Assembly (NCBI GenBank): GCA_000146045.2
Contig: BK006943.2
Location: 320,001-384,000, forward strand
DNA: 64,000 nucleotides
Direction: 5' to 3'
DNA from: TPA_inf: Saccharomyces
Taxonomy: Eukaryota
Shown here: positions 34,525 through 45,445 of the stretch, one piece after another
Layout of the letters: each line of letters opens with the position of its first letter
Position numbering within the stretch: position 1 is the first letter of the stretch
The notes under the pieces: model-generated
Seen by the model: the letters and a program-made list of their open reading frames with translations, nothing else
Told to the model about the DNA's origin: nothing
Database searches by the model: none
Made by a program: the position numbers and the translations under genes

Positions 34525-35213
34525 TTGATAAAGATGAAAATTGGTGAATTTTGAGATAATTGTTGGGATTCCATTGTTGATAAAGGCTATAATATTAGGT
34601 ATACAGAATATACTAGAAGTTCTCCTCGAGGATCTAGGAATCCTCATAATGGAACCTATATTTCTATATACTAATATTCCGTTTTATTCCTTATTCCGTT
34701 TTATATGTTTCATTATCCTATTACATTATCAATCCTTGCACTTCAGCTTCCTCTAACTTCGATGACAGCTTCTCATAACTTATGCCATCATCTTAGCACC
34801 ATATATGATAATATATTGGTAGTATGACTACTAGTTGATAGACTGAAGAGAATGTGGATTTTGATGTAATTGTTGGGATTCCATTTTTAATAAGGCAATA
34901 ATATTAGGTATGTAGATATACTAGAAGTTCTCCTCGAGGATTTAGGAATCCATAAAAGGGAATCTGCAATTCTATACAATTCTATAAATATTATTATCAT
35001 CATTTTATATGTTAATATTCATTGATCCTATTACATTATCAATCCTTGCGTTTCAGCTTCCACTAATTTAGATGACTATTTCTCATCATTTGCGTCATCT
35101 TCTAACACCGTATATGATAATATACTAGCAACGTAAATACTAGTTAGTAGATGATAGTTGATTTTTATTCCAACATAGACGATAGTTGATTTTTATTCCA
35201 ACAGTGTTGACAT
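34525..35213 (-). mobile_element. Solo Ty1/Ty2-type delta LTR (about 340 bp) interrupted by a nested LTR insertion. Its two parts are 34525-34843 and 35191-35213.
   Basis: Reverse-complement delta sequence (TGA[A]AATTGGTGAATTTTGAGATAATTGTTGGGATTCCATTGTTGATAAAGGCTATAATATTAGGTATACAGAATATACTAGAAG...), resuming after the insertion as GATAGTTGATTTTTATTCCAACA. Confidence 0.8.
34844..35185 (-). mobile_element. Solo Ty LTR (342 bp, delta/tau-like, TG...CA termini) inserted inside the delta at 34525-35213. A 5-bp target-site duplication TAGAC flanks it (34839-34843 and 35186-35190).
   Basis: The element begins TGAAGAGAATGTGGATTTTGATGTAATTGTTGGGATTCCATTTTTAATAAGG and ends ...GATAGTTGATTTTTATTCCAACA, with identical TAGAC on both sides. 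Removing it restores a contiguous delta. Confidence 0.75.
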
Positions 35214-35214
35214 A

Positions 35215-35366
35215 TAAATACTAGTCAACTAAATGGTAATTGGTTATTATTCCTCAACATTCTGCTACCAAACGCAAATGTAGTAGGAGAGTTTAGATTT
35301 TCAACGTTGGTTTGCGAGATTGGTGAAATCAAAGCATAGTTTACCTTTAATCCCAATCTTCCAACA
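35215..35366. repeat. About 150-bp LTR-like remnant with TGTTG...CCAACA termini directly upstream of tRNA-Arg (possible sigma/Ty3-type or other LTR fragment)
   Basis: It starts TGTTGACATATAAATAC and ends ATCTTCCAACA 7 bp before the tRNA-Arg 5' end. A homologous ~60-bp flank sits upstream of the second tRNA-Arg copy. The family is not determined. Confidence 0.3.
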
Positions 35367-35373
35367 AACAGTA

Positions 35374-35446
35374 GCTCGCGTGGCGTAATGGCAACGCGTC
35401 TGACTTCTAATCAGAAGATTATGGGTTCGACCCCCATCGTGAGTGC
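35374..35446 (+). tRNA. tR(UCU): tRNA-Arg(UCU), the first gene of a dicistronic Arg-Asp unit
   Basis: GCTCGCGTGGCGTAATGGCAACGCGTCTGACTTCTAATCAGAAGATTATGGGTTCGACCCCCATCGTGAGTG. The anticodon loop CTTCTAA gives UCU. Confidence 0.9.
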
Positions 35447-35456
35447 TTTGTTTCTT

Positions 35457-35528
35457 CCGTGATAGTTTAATGGTCAGAATGGGCGCTTGTCGCGTGCCAG
35501 ATCGGGGTTCAATTCCCCGTCGCGGAGA
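35457..35528 (+). tRNA. tD(GUC): tRNA-Asp(GUC), the second gene of the dicistronic unit, 10-bp spacer CTTTGTTTCT
   Basis: TCCGTGATAGTTTAATGGTCAGAATGGGCGCTTGTCGCGTGCCAGATCGGGGTTCAATTCCCCGTCGCGGAG followed by a T-run terminator. Confidence 0.9.
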
Positions 35529-36023
35529 TTTTTTTTGAAGCTGTTGTAGTTACTACTTTAAGATCCAGATTGATACAGTACGTATGTGAGGCAACAGATA
35601 CTTGCAATATAACAAGTTTTGTGAAGAGATAGTGTGAATACCTATGGTTCCACGCAAGAAATCATCTATTTGAATTTTCGGCTTCTATAAGAATGACAAA
35701 ACTCATAGGAAGCTGCAATGCATTAATTTTCCGTAAGCTTTATTAACCCGTTAGCCGCTCAAGTCGCTTTTCTCAGGTCGCGCTCCTCTTCTCCGGACTT
35801 ATGTGGCTCCCTTTAGAATATAAGGGTCTTCCCTTTAACGGAACAGTAAGGTTCCACAAGGTGGCAAAAAAGGCAATCCAACCGACACTTCGGCAAATTT
35901 CTTTCACTCTAGTCAGAGCTAAGTTCTTATATATACTTTCTAAATAATTATCTGCTAAAATAAGAAAAGAAGGAGCCTAAATACGTATATCTATATACAT
36001 GTATACACGTGAGCTAATAAATT

Positions 36024-37928
36024 ATGTTATCTTTGAAAAAAGGAATAACAAAATCATACATCTTGCAAAGAACTTTCACTTCTTCCTCTGTTGTTCGTCA
36101 AATTGGGGAAGTGAAATCTGAATCGAAACCGCCGGCCAAATATCATATTATCGACCATGAATATGATTGTGTGGTGGTAGGCGCTGGCGGTGCAGGTTTA
36201 AGAGCAGCTTTCGGTTTGGCTGAAGCTGGATACAAGACTGCTTGTTTATCCAAGTTGTTTCCAACAAGGTCACATACTGTGGCTGCTCAGGGTGGAATTA
36301 ATGCTGCGCTGGGAAATATGCATCCAGATGATTGGAAATCGCACATGTACGACACTGTCAAGGGTTCTGACTGGCTCGGAGACCAAGATGCAATCCATTA
36401 CATGACAAGAGAAGCACCTAAGTCTGTCATTGAACTAGAACATTACGGTATGCCCTTTTCGAGGACTGAAGATGGAAGGATTTACCAGAGAGCATTTGGG
36501 GGACAATCCAAAGATTTTGGTAAAGGTGGACAGGCCTATAGGACTTGTGCGGTGGCAGATAGAACAGGTCACGCAATGCTTCATACATTGTATGGACAAG
36601 CGCTGAAAAATAATACACACTTCTTTATTGAATACTTTGCAATGGATTTGTTGACCCATAATGGCGAGGTTGTGGGTGTCATTGCCTATAATCAGGAGGA
36701 CGGTACAATTCACAGATTCAGAGCACATAAGACCGTCATCGCGACAGGCGGATACGGTAGAGCTTACTTCTCTTGCACTTCTGCTCACACTTGTACAGGT
36801 GACGGTAATGCTATGGTTTCTCGCGCTGGATTTCCACTAGAGGATTTAGAATTTGTTCAATTTCATCCGTCAGGAATTTATGGGTCTGGCTGCCTAATCA
36901 CTGAAGGTGCCCGTGGTGAGGGTGGATTTTTATTGAATTCTGAAGGAGAAAGGTTTATGGAACGCTATGCTCCTACTGCCAAGGACTTGGCAAGCAGGGA
37001 TGTTGTTTCCAGAGCAATCACCATGGAAATCAGGGCTGGCAGAGGTGTCGGGAAAAACAAGGATCATATCCTTTTACAATTAAGCCATCTACCACCTGAG
37101 GTACTAAAGGAAAGGCTACCGGGAATATCTGAAACAGCTGCTGTCTTTGCGGGTGTCGATGTCACCCAGGAGCCAATTCCTGTCTTGCCAACTGTCCATT
37201 ATAATATGGGAGGCATTCCCACAAAATGGACTGGTGAAGCATTGACCATTGACGAGGAAACTGGAGAGGATAAGGTCATCCCAGGATTGATGGCGTGTGG
37301 TGAAGCTGCTTGCGTATCGGTTCATGGAGCGAACAGATTAGGCGCTAACTCACTACTGGATTTAGTCGTTTTCGGTCGCGCCGTTGCAAATACCATTGCT
37401 GACACATTACAGCCTGGCTTGCCTCATAAGCCATTGGCTTCAAACATCGGGCACGAGTCAATTGCTAATTTGGATAAAGTAAGAAATGCTCGCGGCTCAC
37501 TGAAAACCTCTCAAATCAGGTTGAACATGCAAAGGACAATGCAAAAAGATGTTTCTGTTTTCAGGACGCAAGACACTCTAGATGAAGGTGTTAGAAATAT
37601 TACTGAAGTGGACAAGACATTTGAGGATGTGCACGTTTCTGATAAGTCAATGATCTGGAATTCTGATCTCGTAGAAACTCTGGAATTGCAAAATTTACTT
37701 ACTTGTGCCACACAAACGGCTGTTTCTGCTTCCAAAAGAAAGGAGTCTCGTGGTGCTCATGCGAGAGAGGACTATGCAAAAAGAGATGATGTGAATTGGA
37801 GAAAGCACACATTATCATGGCAAAAGGGGACATCAACACCTGTAAAAATCAAGTACAGGAATGTAATCGCACATACTTTAGATGAGAATGAATGCGCCCC
37901 AGTCCCTCCAGCTGTCAGATCCTATTAA
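36024..37928 (+). CDS. YJL045W: Succinate dehydrogenase flavoprotein subunit paralog (SDH1 paralog, 634 aa)
   Basis: FAD-binding GxGxxG ([13 protein letters not shown]). The covalent-FAD histidine context [15 protein letters not shown] and the fumarate reductase/SDH C-terminal domain. N-terminal mitochondrial presequence [18 protein letters not shown]. Confidence 0.85.
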   Translation: MLSLKKGITKSYILQRTFTSSSVVRQIGEVKSESKPPAKYHIIDHEYDCVVVGAGGAGLRAAFGLAEAGYKTACLSKLFPTRSHTVAAQGGINAALGNMHPDDWKSHMYDTVKGSDWLGDQDAIHYMTREAPKSVIELEHYGMPFSRTEDGRIYQRAFGGQSKDFGKGGQAYRTCAVADRTGHAMLHTLYGQALKNNTHFFIEYFAMDLLTHNGEVVGVIAYNQEDGTIHRFRAHKTVIATGGYGRAYFSCTSAHTCTGDGNAMVSRAGFPLEDLEFVQFHPSGIYGSGCLITEGARGEGGFLLNSEGERFMERYAPTAKDLASRDVVSRAITMEIRAGRGVGKNKDHILLQLSHLPPEVLKERLPGISETAAVFAGVDVTQEPIPVLPTVHYNMGGIPTKWTGEALTIDEETGEDKVIPGLMACGEAACVSVHGANRLGANSLLDLVVFGRAVANTIADTLQPGLPHKPLASNIGHESIANLDKVRNARGSLKTSQIRLNMQRTMQKDVSVFRTQDTLDEGVRNITEVDKTFEDVHVSDKSMIWNSDLVETLELQNLLTCATQTAVSASKRKESRGAHAREDYAKRDDVNWRKHTLSWQKGTSTPVKIKYRNVIAHTLDENECAPVPPAVRSY

Positions 37929-38299
37929 TTCTTATTTATTTATTTATTTATTTTGGAGGGCAAACTTATTTATTGATCTGGCAAAAATGATCTTTCCCTT
38001 TTTTCTTATTTTTCTCTCTATCTCTCTCATTGATTCTTGGTCAATAGTACTCGTTTACTGTCAACTTACACCTTATCTATTATGCTATATAATTTTATGC
38101 AAGACATTGAAGTACAATATACGTCGAGCTGCAATATGCAAAAATATCAGAGGGAAACCAGCTCATTAGGAAATATGACATGTGGGCTATCTGTTTGTTG
38201 GTGGTAGCTGGGTTTTTTTTTTTTTTTTTTTGATTTTGTCGTGCGGGTGTGCAGGCTGGGATTTCAAACAAATAACAACGAGTAATTGACAAGAAAAAC

Positions 38300-39676
38300 T
38301 TATTGGCTTATTTTCTTTTTGTTCTTCAAAATTGTTTGCCTTACCCTCTCCCTCAGTTTGTTTTCGAGTGATTGTCTATTAGGATCAATAGTCAACTTTG
38401 CTGTTTCCATACTTAAAACATCACTAGTCTTTATGCCGAACTTCGCATTTATAAAAGTGTCGCAAATCAATCTCATATCGTCGTAATTTTTTCCATACCA
38501 CAATTCACATAAATTTCCAGTGACCTTACACAGGTCTAAAAACTTTTCATCATCTTTACTGGCATCTTCCTTTTCAAAAATTTTCTTGAAATGCAAAATC
38601 AATTCAACAAATTCATCGTTATTATTCGTATGTTCATAGTCACCTTGGCTCACTAGTTCGTGAAGCTCATCGTAAATGGATAACAAAAGGGTGATGATAG
38701 TGCATGCAATGAAAATATCCAAGGGATAATTGAACGTCAGGACGTGGTCCCAAACGATTAGCACATATTTTAAGGGTAATTCTCTTAAAAATAACAACCT
38801 TGTCCATCGGATGAGCCAGATTAGGTTGGAGTGAATCAGATGGTCTACGTTTTTTTTCTTCCCGCTGCCCGTTTTTGGTGGTTGGTAAAAAACCTTTGAA
38901 AACAAGTCTGGCAAACAAATCCTAAAGATTTTCGTGAATACTCTCTTATCCCAGTTAATCAAATTTTCTTCGTTATAAAAAATCGGTTCGATTTGGTTCA
39001 TTAGCTTGTTAAAGATAATCAGAACGTTTTGCAAATCGGTATTATCGAGATCTGTACCGTGATATAATTGCAGATAAATGACGCTTAATATTTCGTGGAA
39101 CCCTTGTTTATACTGTAGGTGTTCGCTTTGATGTATAAGCAGGTAATTGTACAAAAGTTGTCTCATTTGAGCATGAACCTTGGGTTCCTGAAATATATCG
39201 TCAAGCATTATCCTTGAGAGGTCCAAATCTATAATTTCCAGAGTTTCCCTCAGTGTCAACGGCTTTTCATCACTTCCCTTGGACAAAGAACCTTTAGTTT
39301 TGTCATTGTCATCAGACAAGGGATGTTTTTCAACAGCCTCGACGGGAGTCAGCCTCCTGATTCCCACTGAGGAGGAAACGTTCGAGTGCAAGACCCTTTT
39401 AGGTACATTTGCATTATGATTTTCGTCATAGTTGTCGCCATCTGCCAGCATAGGCACTGGCACCAAGCCGAACTGGTTAAGGTCCAAACCTTTAAAGTTA
39501 TCAGTTAACAAGCAGTTGTTGTTTTCATCACACAGAAGCAAAGCTTTCCAGAGCCAGCCTCTACTATTTTCTTTAAAGATAGAGTCATGGTAGAGTTCAC
39601 CTTTCCAAATTCCCTTCTGCACCAGTTGGTCTCTTGTCTCGTAGTGGTCAATCGCCCATTGTAAGACATCCTTCAT
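38300..39676 (-). CDS. GYP6: TBC-domain GTPase-activating protein for Ypt6 (458 aa)
   Basis: The ORF-track start at 39706 is GTG. The in-frame ATG is at 39674-39676 (minus strand; [13 protein letters not shown]...), giving 458 aa. Synteny places it as YJL044C. Confidence 0.7.
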
Positions 39677-40129
39677 GGTTGCATAAGCGAAAAAATACAA
39701 ACGCACGACAGCTAACCCTCTCTATGTATGCCAATTCTCTTGACAACTCTCCCCCATTGTTCTGAAAAAGGTAATGAAATTAAACGCTGCTGTACCGATT
39801 ATGGAAAACTCAATGGAAAAATTGAAAAAAAAAAAAAAAGGAACTAGTAATGCCGTAGGAGAAGCGGGTAACATAATATCCGGTTTTCCTTTACGACCGC
39901 TTACAGGCCTAAACCAGCGCACCATCCAGTTACAATAACACTTGGAGCATGCGTACACGTGTGCGTATTCTACGGCTGGCATGGGCAAAATAAGACGTGG
40001 AATTTTTCTGTGGTCAGAACTTTGCGTCAGTAAATAATTCAAGAAAAAATAATAATTATGTCGAAAAAAAAATAGAAAAAAAAGAAAAAAAGAATACTAA
40101 AAGGTGAGTGTTCAGGAAAACCGCAAGCC

Positions 40130-40903
40130 ATGTTTGTTGATTATTCCGGACTGGAGCGTTACACGGATATAAATGCATCTTTTGGTAAGTTGGTCAACAC
40201 TTACTGCTGTTTTCAGCGCTGTGAAGCCATCAGCGAACAATTGGAGATTCTGAAAAGTCTAGTACCAAAGTGCCACGACATTGTGGCACTTACTGACGAA
40301 GACTTTGCTAGTGGCCGTACTGCCGGACTGACGCAGAAATTGTTTGCTATGGCGATGACCCTACACCAGATCACCGACTGTATCGACCTCCTGCAGAAAT
40401 GCAACACCATAATACCCATCGAGATCGCCAACCCGGCTAGCTTTGAAAGCGGCGCCGCGACGGCGCCGCTACGTCAAAGCTATGCTAGGCTCTTGGATGA
40501 CTGGTCCCACTACATGGGCCCATCAACGGTAAAACACACAGGCTGTACCAACCGACCCAAGTGGAGATTTCCCTGGCAACAGTCACGGACTATCATCATC
40601 CCCATGCTGTTTATTGGCGAAACTGCAATGAGCACCAGGGACCTAAGGTCTGTGCTGCATGATTGTGAGATCAGGCACGCGAGCGAAATGCCGCTGCAGC
40701 TACTTTGGACGTCGTCACCGGAGTTGGTGTACGCCACACCGCATGTTGACGACTACGACATTTGGTCGCGCTACGGGTCTGATTACAACATGCAGATAGA
40801 GGACGAAGACGAAGCATCAAAAGGGCGACAGCGCAAGTGTGTGGTGCAGTTGGAGGCACTGTTGGGTGCGCTACCTACTACGGACCCGTTGTTCCAATGG
40901 TAG
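40130..40903 (+). CDS. YJL043W: Protein of unknown function YJL043W (257 aa) with unusually GC-rich coding sequence
   Basis: ATG at 40130. 257-aa ORF. Its position between GYP6 and MHP1 matches YJL043W. Confidence 0.6.
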   Translation: MFVDYSGLERYTDINASFGKLVNTYCCFQRCEAISEQLEILKSLVPKCHDIVALTDEDFASGRTAGLTQKLFAMAMTLHQITDCIDLLQKCNTIIPIEIANPASFESGAATAPLRQSYARLLDDWSHYMGPSTVKHTGCTNRPKWRFPWQQSRTIIIPMLFIGETAMSTRDLRSVLHDCEIRHASEMPLQLLWTSSPELVYATPHVDDYDIWSRYGSDYNMQIEDEDEASKGRQRKCVVQLEALLGALPTTDPLFQW

Positions 40904-41248
40904 CCCGGGCCTTTTTTTTTTTCATCAGCTTCTCTTTTAGGCCGTCGGCCCCGTTCGATGTTCACCCGTCCTGGACAGCTTGCTCTCCCCCCTTCCTCGT
41001 GCTGCGCGACTGTTTACGTTATTGGCTTATTGTATTGTTTTCGCATCTAGAACGTTCAGGTTCAATTTACGCAACGGTGTTTCACTCGAAGCATCTGGCT
41101 GTACAAGCAAATGCTGCGTTCTCATTCTCCTTTATATAACAAGCTTCTGCCTTAAAGCGTTCATATGTACATACATATACACCACTCAGGCACTCGCATA
41201 ATCGCACTTAAATACGCAAAATATACAAGATAGCCCTACAACTGCTCC

Positions 41249-44200
41249 ATGGACTCCAAGGACACGCAAAAGTTGCTTAAGGAGCACCGAATCCCCTGCA
41301 TCGACGTTGGATGGTTGGTCAGGCCCAGTGCCTCCACCAGCAAGAGCTCCAGACCAGGGAAATCCGAGTCCAAGGCCAACAGTGTGGCTCCTGACATCCA
41401 GATGGACACTGCTCGCCCGCCCGTTTTCGAAACGTCTGTAGACTCTTCCAGCAGCATTCTTTCTTCAAACGATAAGGGACGCCGTCACTCCGTAGCTGCG
41501 AGCTTGCTAATGGATAATCAGCGTGCTAACGCTGGGTCTACATCCGTTCCCACAAACATTCCTCCCCCTAGGGGTAGGTCGAAGTCAGTGGTGGAGACTA
41601 ACCTGTCTAACGTTGAGGCTGACTCCGGACATCATCACCACCACCGCCACCACCATCACACGGAAGATGCTCCTGCACCTAAGAAGGTCGGATTCTTTAA
41701 GAGTCTGTTTGGCCATAGGAAGAAGGATCAGGAACAACAGGAGAAGGAACGAGAAAGGAAAGAGCGCTCACCCTCTCCGACTCACGTGGACCGTGGCGCG
41801 GCCATAAGAAGAGAAAGAACGGCTACCATATCTGCGGAATCACCACCGCCTTTGCAGTACAATGCTCCACCCTCTTATAACGATACTGTGGTACCGTTAA
41901 CAAGATCCAAGACGGAATCAGAAGTGTATTACGAAAATCATCCGCAAAGCTACTACCATGGCCGTATGCGCACATACCACTCACCAGAAGAGGGTAAAGT
42001 CGACGGAACTTCCCCCGCAGACGATCATAACTATGGCGGCTCTCGACCTGATCCTAGATTAATGGATTTCTTGCGCTACTACAAATCTAAGGATTACAAA
42101 TTAGCCGCCTTCAAAGAAGGGAACTTTATTAAGTCATCTGCGTCTCCCACAACCAAGAAAAATAGACGCGCTTCGTTCTCATTACATAACGACAAACCAC
42201 AACCTGCCAAATCACTTGCTCACCAGAAATTTGACGCTAAGGGAAGACCCATTCCGCCGCATCCCGACGCACCCAAATTGCCTTCCGCCTTCAGGAAGAA
42301 GCATCCAAGCAACGCATCGATAGTAGACACAGTGGATTCCAATTCGGACGTTTCCTCGTCAGCGCAGAATAATAATCAGACACCTTCTTCTCATAAATTC
42401 GGCGCCTTTTTAAGGAAAGTTACCTCTTATGGGAACAACAACAACAACAGCACCAATGCCTCCTCCCTTTCTGCAAACGTCAATAATCCAGACACCTCAT
42501 CGACGTCCCTATGGTCTTCTAGTTCAATGGAGTTCGACCCTTCAAAGATAACCACCGTCCCCGGCCTCGAGAATATACGGCCCTTGAAACACGTCTCCTT
42601 TGCTACGAACACCTATTTCAACGATCCTCCACAACAAATATGCAGTAAAAACCCTCGTAAAGGTGAAGTGGAAGTGAAGCCTAATGGATCTGTTGTCATT
42701 CATAGGTTGACTCCGCAAGAACGCAAAAAAATCATGGAATCGACTAGTTTGGGTGTTGTCGTTGGGGGGACCGGGCAATTAAAACTATTAAATCCCGAGG
42801 AAGACGACGCAAATGCCAAGAGTAAAGAGGAGATGGCCCCTCAAAAGCAGAACGAAGTGGAGGCACACGACGAGGAGGATAACAATTCTCAAAGGAGAAA
42901 CATCGTTATGGCCGCTGCAGAAGCTGCTGCAGAGGCCAGAGCCAAAGAGGCACCTAACGAATTGAAACGTATCGTGACCAACAATGAAGAAGAAGTCACT
43001 GTCAGTAAGACCGCCAGCCATTTGACCATCGATAAGCCAATGATTTCAAGAAGGGGTGCTTCCACATCCTCTTTGGCCTCCATGGTGTCCAGTGATACCA
43101 ACGGTACGAACGCAGATGATGAAGGAGAAATTCTTCCCCCACCTTCTTTGAAGATACCTCACGACATTGTGTATACCCGTTGTTGTCACTTGCGAGAAAT
43201 TCTGCCCATACCAGCCACATTGAAGCAATTGAAAAAGGGCTCGACGGACCCTATCCCCATCTTACAGTTACGTAACCCAAGACCTTCTATGGTGGAAATT
43301 TGGTCGTTCAGCGATTTCTTGAGCATTGCTCCCGTTTTATGTCTTTCGTTGGACGGTGTACAATTAACCGTGCAAATGCTTAGAATAATTTTGAGTTCGC
43401 TGGTTTACAAACAGCATTTCCAAAAACTTTCTCTAAGAAACACCCCCTTGGATGAAGAAGGATGGAAAGTTCTGTGTTATTTTGTCTCCAAGGCCAAGTC
43501 TCTGCACTCTATTGATTTGACAATGGTCCCTTCCATCAAGACAAATGTACAAAAGCCTTCTAAATCTTCTTTGAAGTCAAAAATTCTGAGAATGCAATGC
43601 AACTTGGAAAATAGATCCGACATGAACTGGGACCTTTTGACAGCTTCTATTGCCCTCATGGGCGGTTTGGAGGAAATTGTCATTTCCGGGGCCAAGATGA
43701 ATTCTGCACAATTCAAAAACTTCATCCTCGTTGCTTGTATAGCAACCGAGAGATTGGGCCTCGCGTATAATGGATTATCTAAGAGCCAATGTGATGATTT
43801 GGCCAAGTGGATGGTTCAATCAAAAGTGACAGGTCTAGACGTTGGTTTTAACGATTTGAATGGCAAACTTTCCTCTTTCACCGATGCTGTTTTAGGCAAA
43901 ATACAAAAAGCTAACGAGAAAAACGTCTTCAAATTTTTATCTCTAAATGGGACAAATTTGAGAGTGAACGAACACGACACTTTTGAGAATAACGAGGTCT
44001 TAAAACTGATAAGCGTTTTATGTTATTTGGAAAATTTAAAATTCTTGGATATATCGAACAATCCTGCCATCTTCCCCCACTGTGTTCCGACGCTGATTGA
44101 TTTTTTACCTGTTTTTGTTAATCTTGTCCGTCTGCATATCGACTACAATAATTTAAGTTCCACGAGTGTAGTGATGCTGGCCGAAATATTACCCATGTGT

Positions 44201-45445
44201 TCAAGATTGAATTATTTTTCCATGTTAGGAACGGAATTGGATTTGGCATCGTCTAAAGCTCTAGCAGAGGCGGTGAGGAAAAGTTCATCTTTGATGACTT
44301 TGGACGTGGACTATGTGTATATGCCAGAGAACATTAAGGAAAAAATTTCATTATATGCTTTAAGAAATATTCAAGGGGAGTTGAAAAGGGTTAATAGTGA
44401 CGATAAAGATATCAAAGATAGCCAATTTTCAAGCCTACAGGACCAACTATCACTTTTATTAACTGAAAAAGCGGATAATTCCGAACATTACAACAAAATG
44501 GTTGAGAATTTCATGGCCAAAATCGCGTTGGCACGTATCAAGATTAGTAAAGTGGTTCATGATCTTTTTGATTTAAAACTGAATGGACAATTAAATTTGG
44601 AAGGTAAGGAAGCTTTGATTAGATTATGCTTCATAGAGGCAAGTTTGGAAAGAGGCTGTGACCTGCTGAAACAAAGACATAACAACACTTTGAAATCACC
44701 AGAGGCCGTCTCAAAAAGTCGGAAAGGGGGAAATCAAGCACAACCCAATTCCGAAAGCTGTCAAAGAATGTTACTAAGCTCATCTATATTACAAAATTCA
44801 GATCATATTGCGCTTATGCCATTCGGTAGTGCAATAGTCGAAAAGTCAAGCCCAGATGCAGAAGATGCCGTCGAATTCAGAGAAGGTGACGACTCCAACG
44901 TAAATCACGAAGACGTACCAGCAAATGATCAACAATTTCGAGATGAAGTTGATATCAAAAACAAATACTCTATCATTAAAAGAGAACTAGAACACGAAAA
45001 GCTTGTCGGTGGTGGCGATTTGCCAGTGGACAAAGAAATCTTAAATCGTGCCGCACAATCCTTAGATAGTGACCAGATAAAGGAATTTCTGTTGAAGAAT
45101 GACGTCTCTACTATCCTTGGCGTCATTGATGAACTGCATAGCCAAGGGTACCACTTGCATCATATTTTCAAAAAACAGGGAAACCAAGAAGAGACCGCGT
45201 TCAGAACAAAGGATGAACAACAGTCCTCCCAATCCAATGATTCAAGTGCTAATGCGTCCCCTACCACTGATCCGATATCCACAGGCTCCAATACTTCTAG
45301 AACGAACGATAATGCTCATATTCCTCCGACCGATGCGCCTGGATTTGATAAATTTATGAACAATGCAGAGGAAAATGCCATTGACGCTGCTTATGATGAT
45401 GTGCTAGACAAAATCCAGGATGCGCGGAACAGTAGTACTAAATAA
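41249..45445 (+). CDS. MHP1: Microtubule-associated protein Mhp1 (1398 aa)
   Basis: ATG at 41249. 1398 aa. Ser/Pro/basic-rich N-terminal half with an HHHHHRHHHH tract. Synteny places it as YJL042W. Confidence 0.8.
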   Translation: MDSKDTQKLLKEHRIPCIDVGWLVRPSASTSKSSRPGKSESKANSVAPDIQMDTARPPVFETSVDSSSSILSSNDKGRRHSVAASLLMDNQRANAGSTSVPTNIPPPRGRSKSVVETNLSNVEADSGHHHHHRHHHHTEDAPAPKKVGFFKSLFGHRKKDQEQQEKERERKERSPSPTHVDRGAAIRRERTATISAESPPPLQYNAPPSYNDTVVPLTRSKTESEVYYENHPQSYYHGRMRTYHSPEEGKVDGTSPADDHNYGGSRPDPRLMDFLRYYKSKDYKLAAFKEGNFIKSSASPTTKKNRRASFSLHNDKPQPAKSLAHQKFDAKGRPIPPHPDAPKLPSAFRKKHPSNASIVDTVDSNSDVSSSAQNNNQTPSSHKFGAFLRKVTSYGNNNNNSTNASSLSANVNNPDTSSTSLWSSSSMEFDPSKITTVPGLENIRPLKHVSFATNTYFNDPPQQICSKNPRKGEVEVKPNGSVVIHRLTPQERKKIMESTSLGVVVGGTGQLKLLNPEEDDANAKSKEEMAPQKQNEVEAHDEEDNNSQRRNIVMAAAEAAAEARAKEAPNELKRIVTNNEEEVTVSKTASHLTIDKPMISRRGASTSSLASMVSSDTNGTNADDEGEILPPPSLKIPHDIVYTRCCHLREILPIPATLKQLKKGSTDPIPILQLRNPRPSMVEIWSFSDFLSIAPVLCLSLDGVQLTVQMLRIILSSLVYKQHFQKLSLRNTPLDEEGWKVLCYFVSKAKSLHSIDLTMVPSIKTNVQKPSKSSLKSKILRMQCNLENRSDMNWDLLTASIALMGGLEEIVISGAKMNSAQFKNFILVACIATERLGLAYNGLSKSQCDDLAKWMVQSKVTGLDVGFNDLNGKLSSFTDAVLGKIQKANEKNVFKFLSLNGTNLRVNEHDTFENNEVLKLISVLCYLENLKFLDISNNPAIFPHCVPTLIDFLPVFVNLVRLHIDYNNLSSTSVVMLAEILPMCSRLNYFSMLGTELDLASSKALAEAVRKSSSLMTLDVDYVYMPENIKEKISLYALRNIQGELKRVNSDDKDIKDSQFSSLQDQLSLLLTEKADNSEHYNKMVENFMAKIALARIKISKVVHDLFDLKLNGQLNLEGKEALIRLCFIEASLERGCDLLKQRHNNTLKSPEAVSKSRKGGNQAQPNSESCQRMLLSSSILQNSDHIALMPFGSAIVEKSSPDAEDAVEFREGDDSNVNHEDVPANDQQFRDEVDIKNKYSIIKRELEHEKLVGGGDLPVDKEILNRAAQSLDSDQIKEFLLKNDVSTILGVIDELHSQGYHLHHIFKKQGNQEETAFRTKDEQQSSQSNDSSANASPTTDPISTGSNTSRTNDNAHIPPTDAPGFDKFMNNAEENAIDAAYDDVLDKIQDARNSSTK

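Noticed and set aside
34541-34756. 71-aa ORF inside the delta LTR, and the 76-aa ORF 58078-58308 in the region upstream of tRNA-Val
   Set aside because: They lie within LTR or repeat-derived non-coding sequence. They are short, low-complexity and without coding features.
40213-43228. Cluster of overlapping 60-110-aa ORFs on both strands over YJL043W and the MHP1 5' region
   Set aside because: They coincide with the GC-rich island. GC-rich sequence has few stop codons in all frames, so these are statistical artifacts, not genes.
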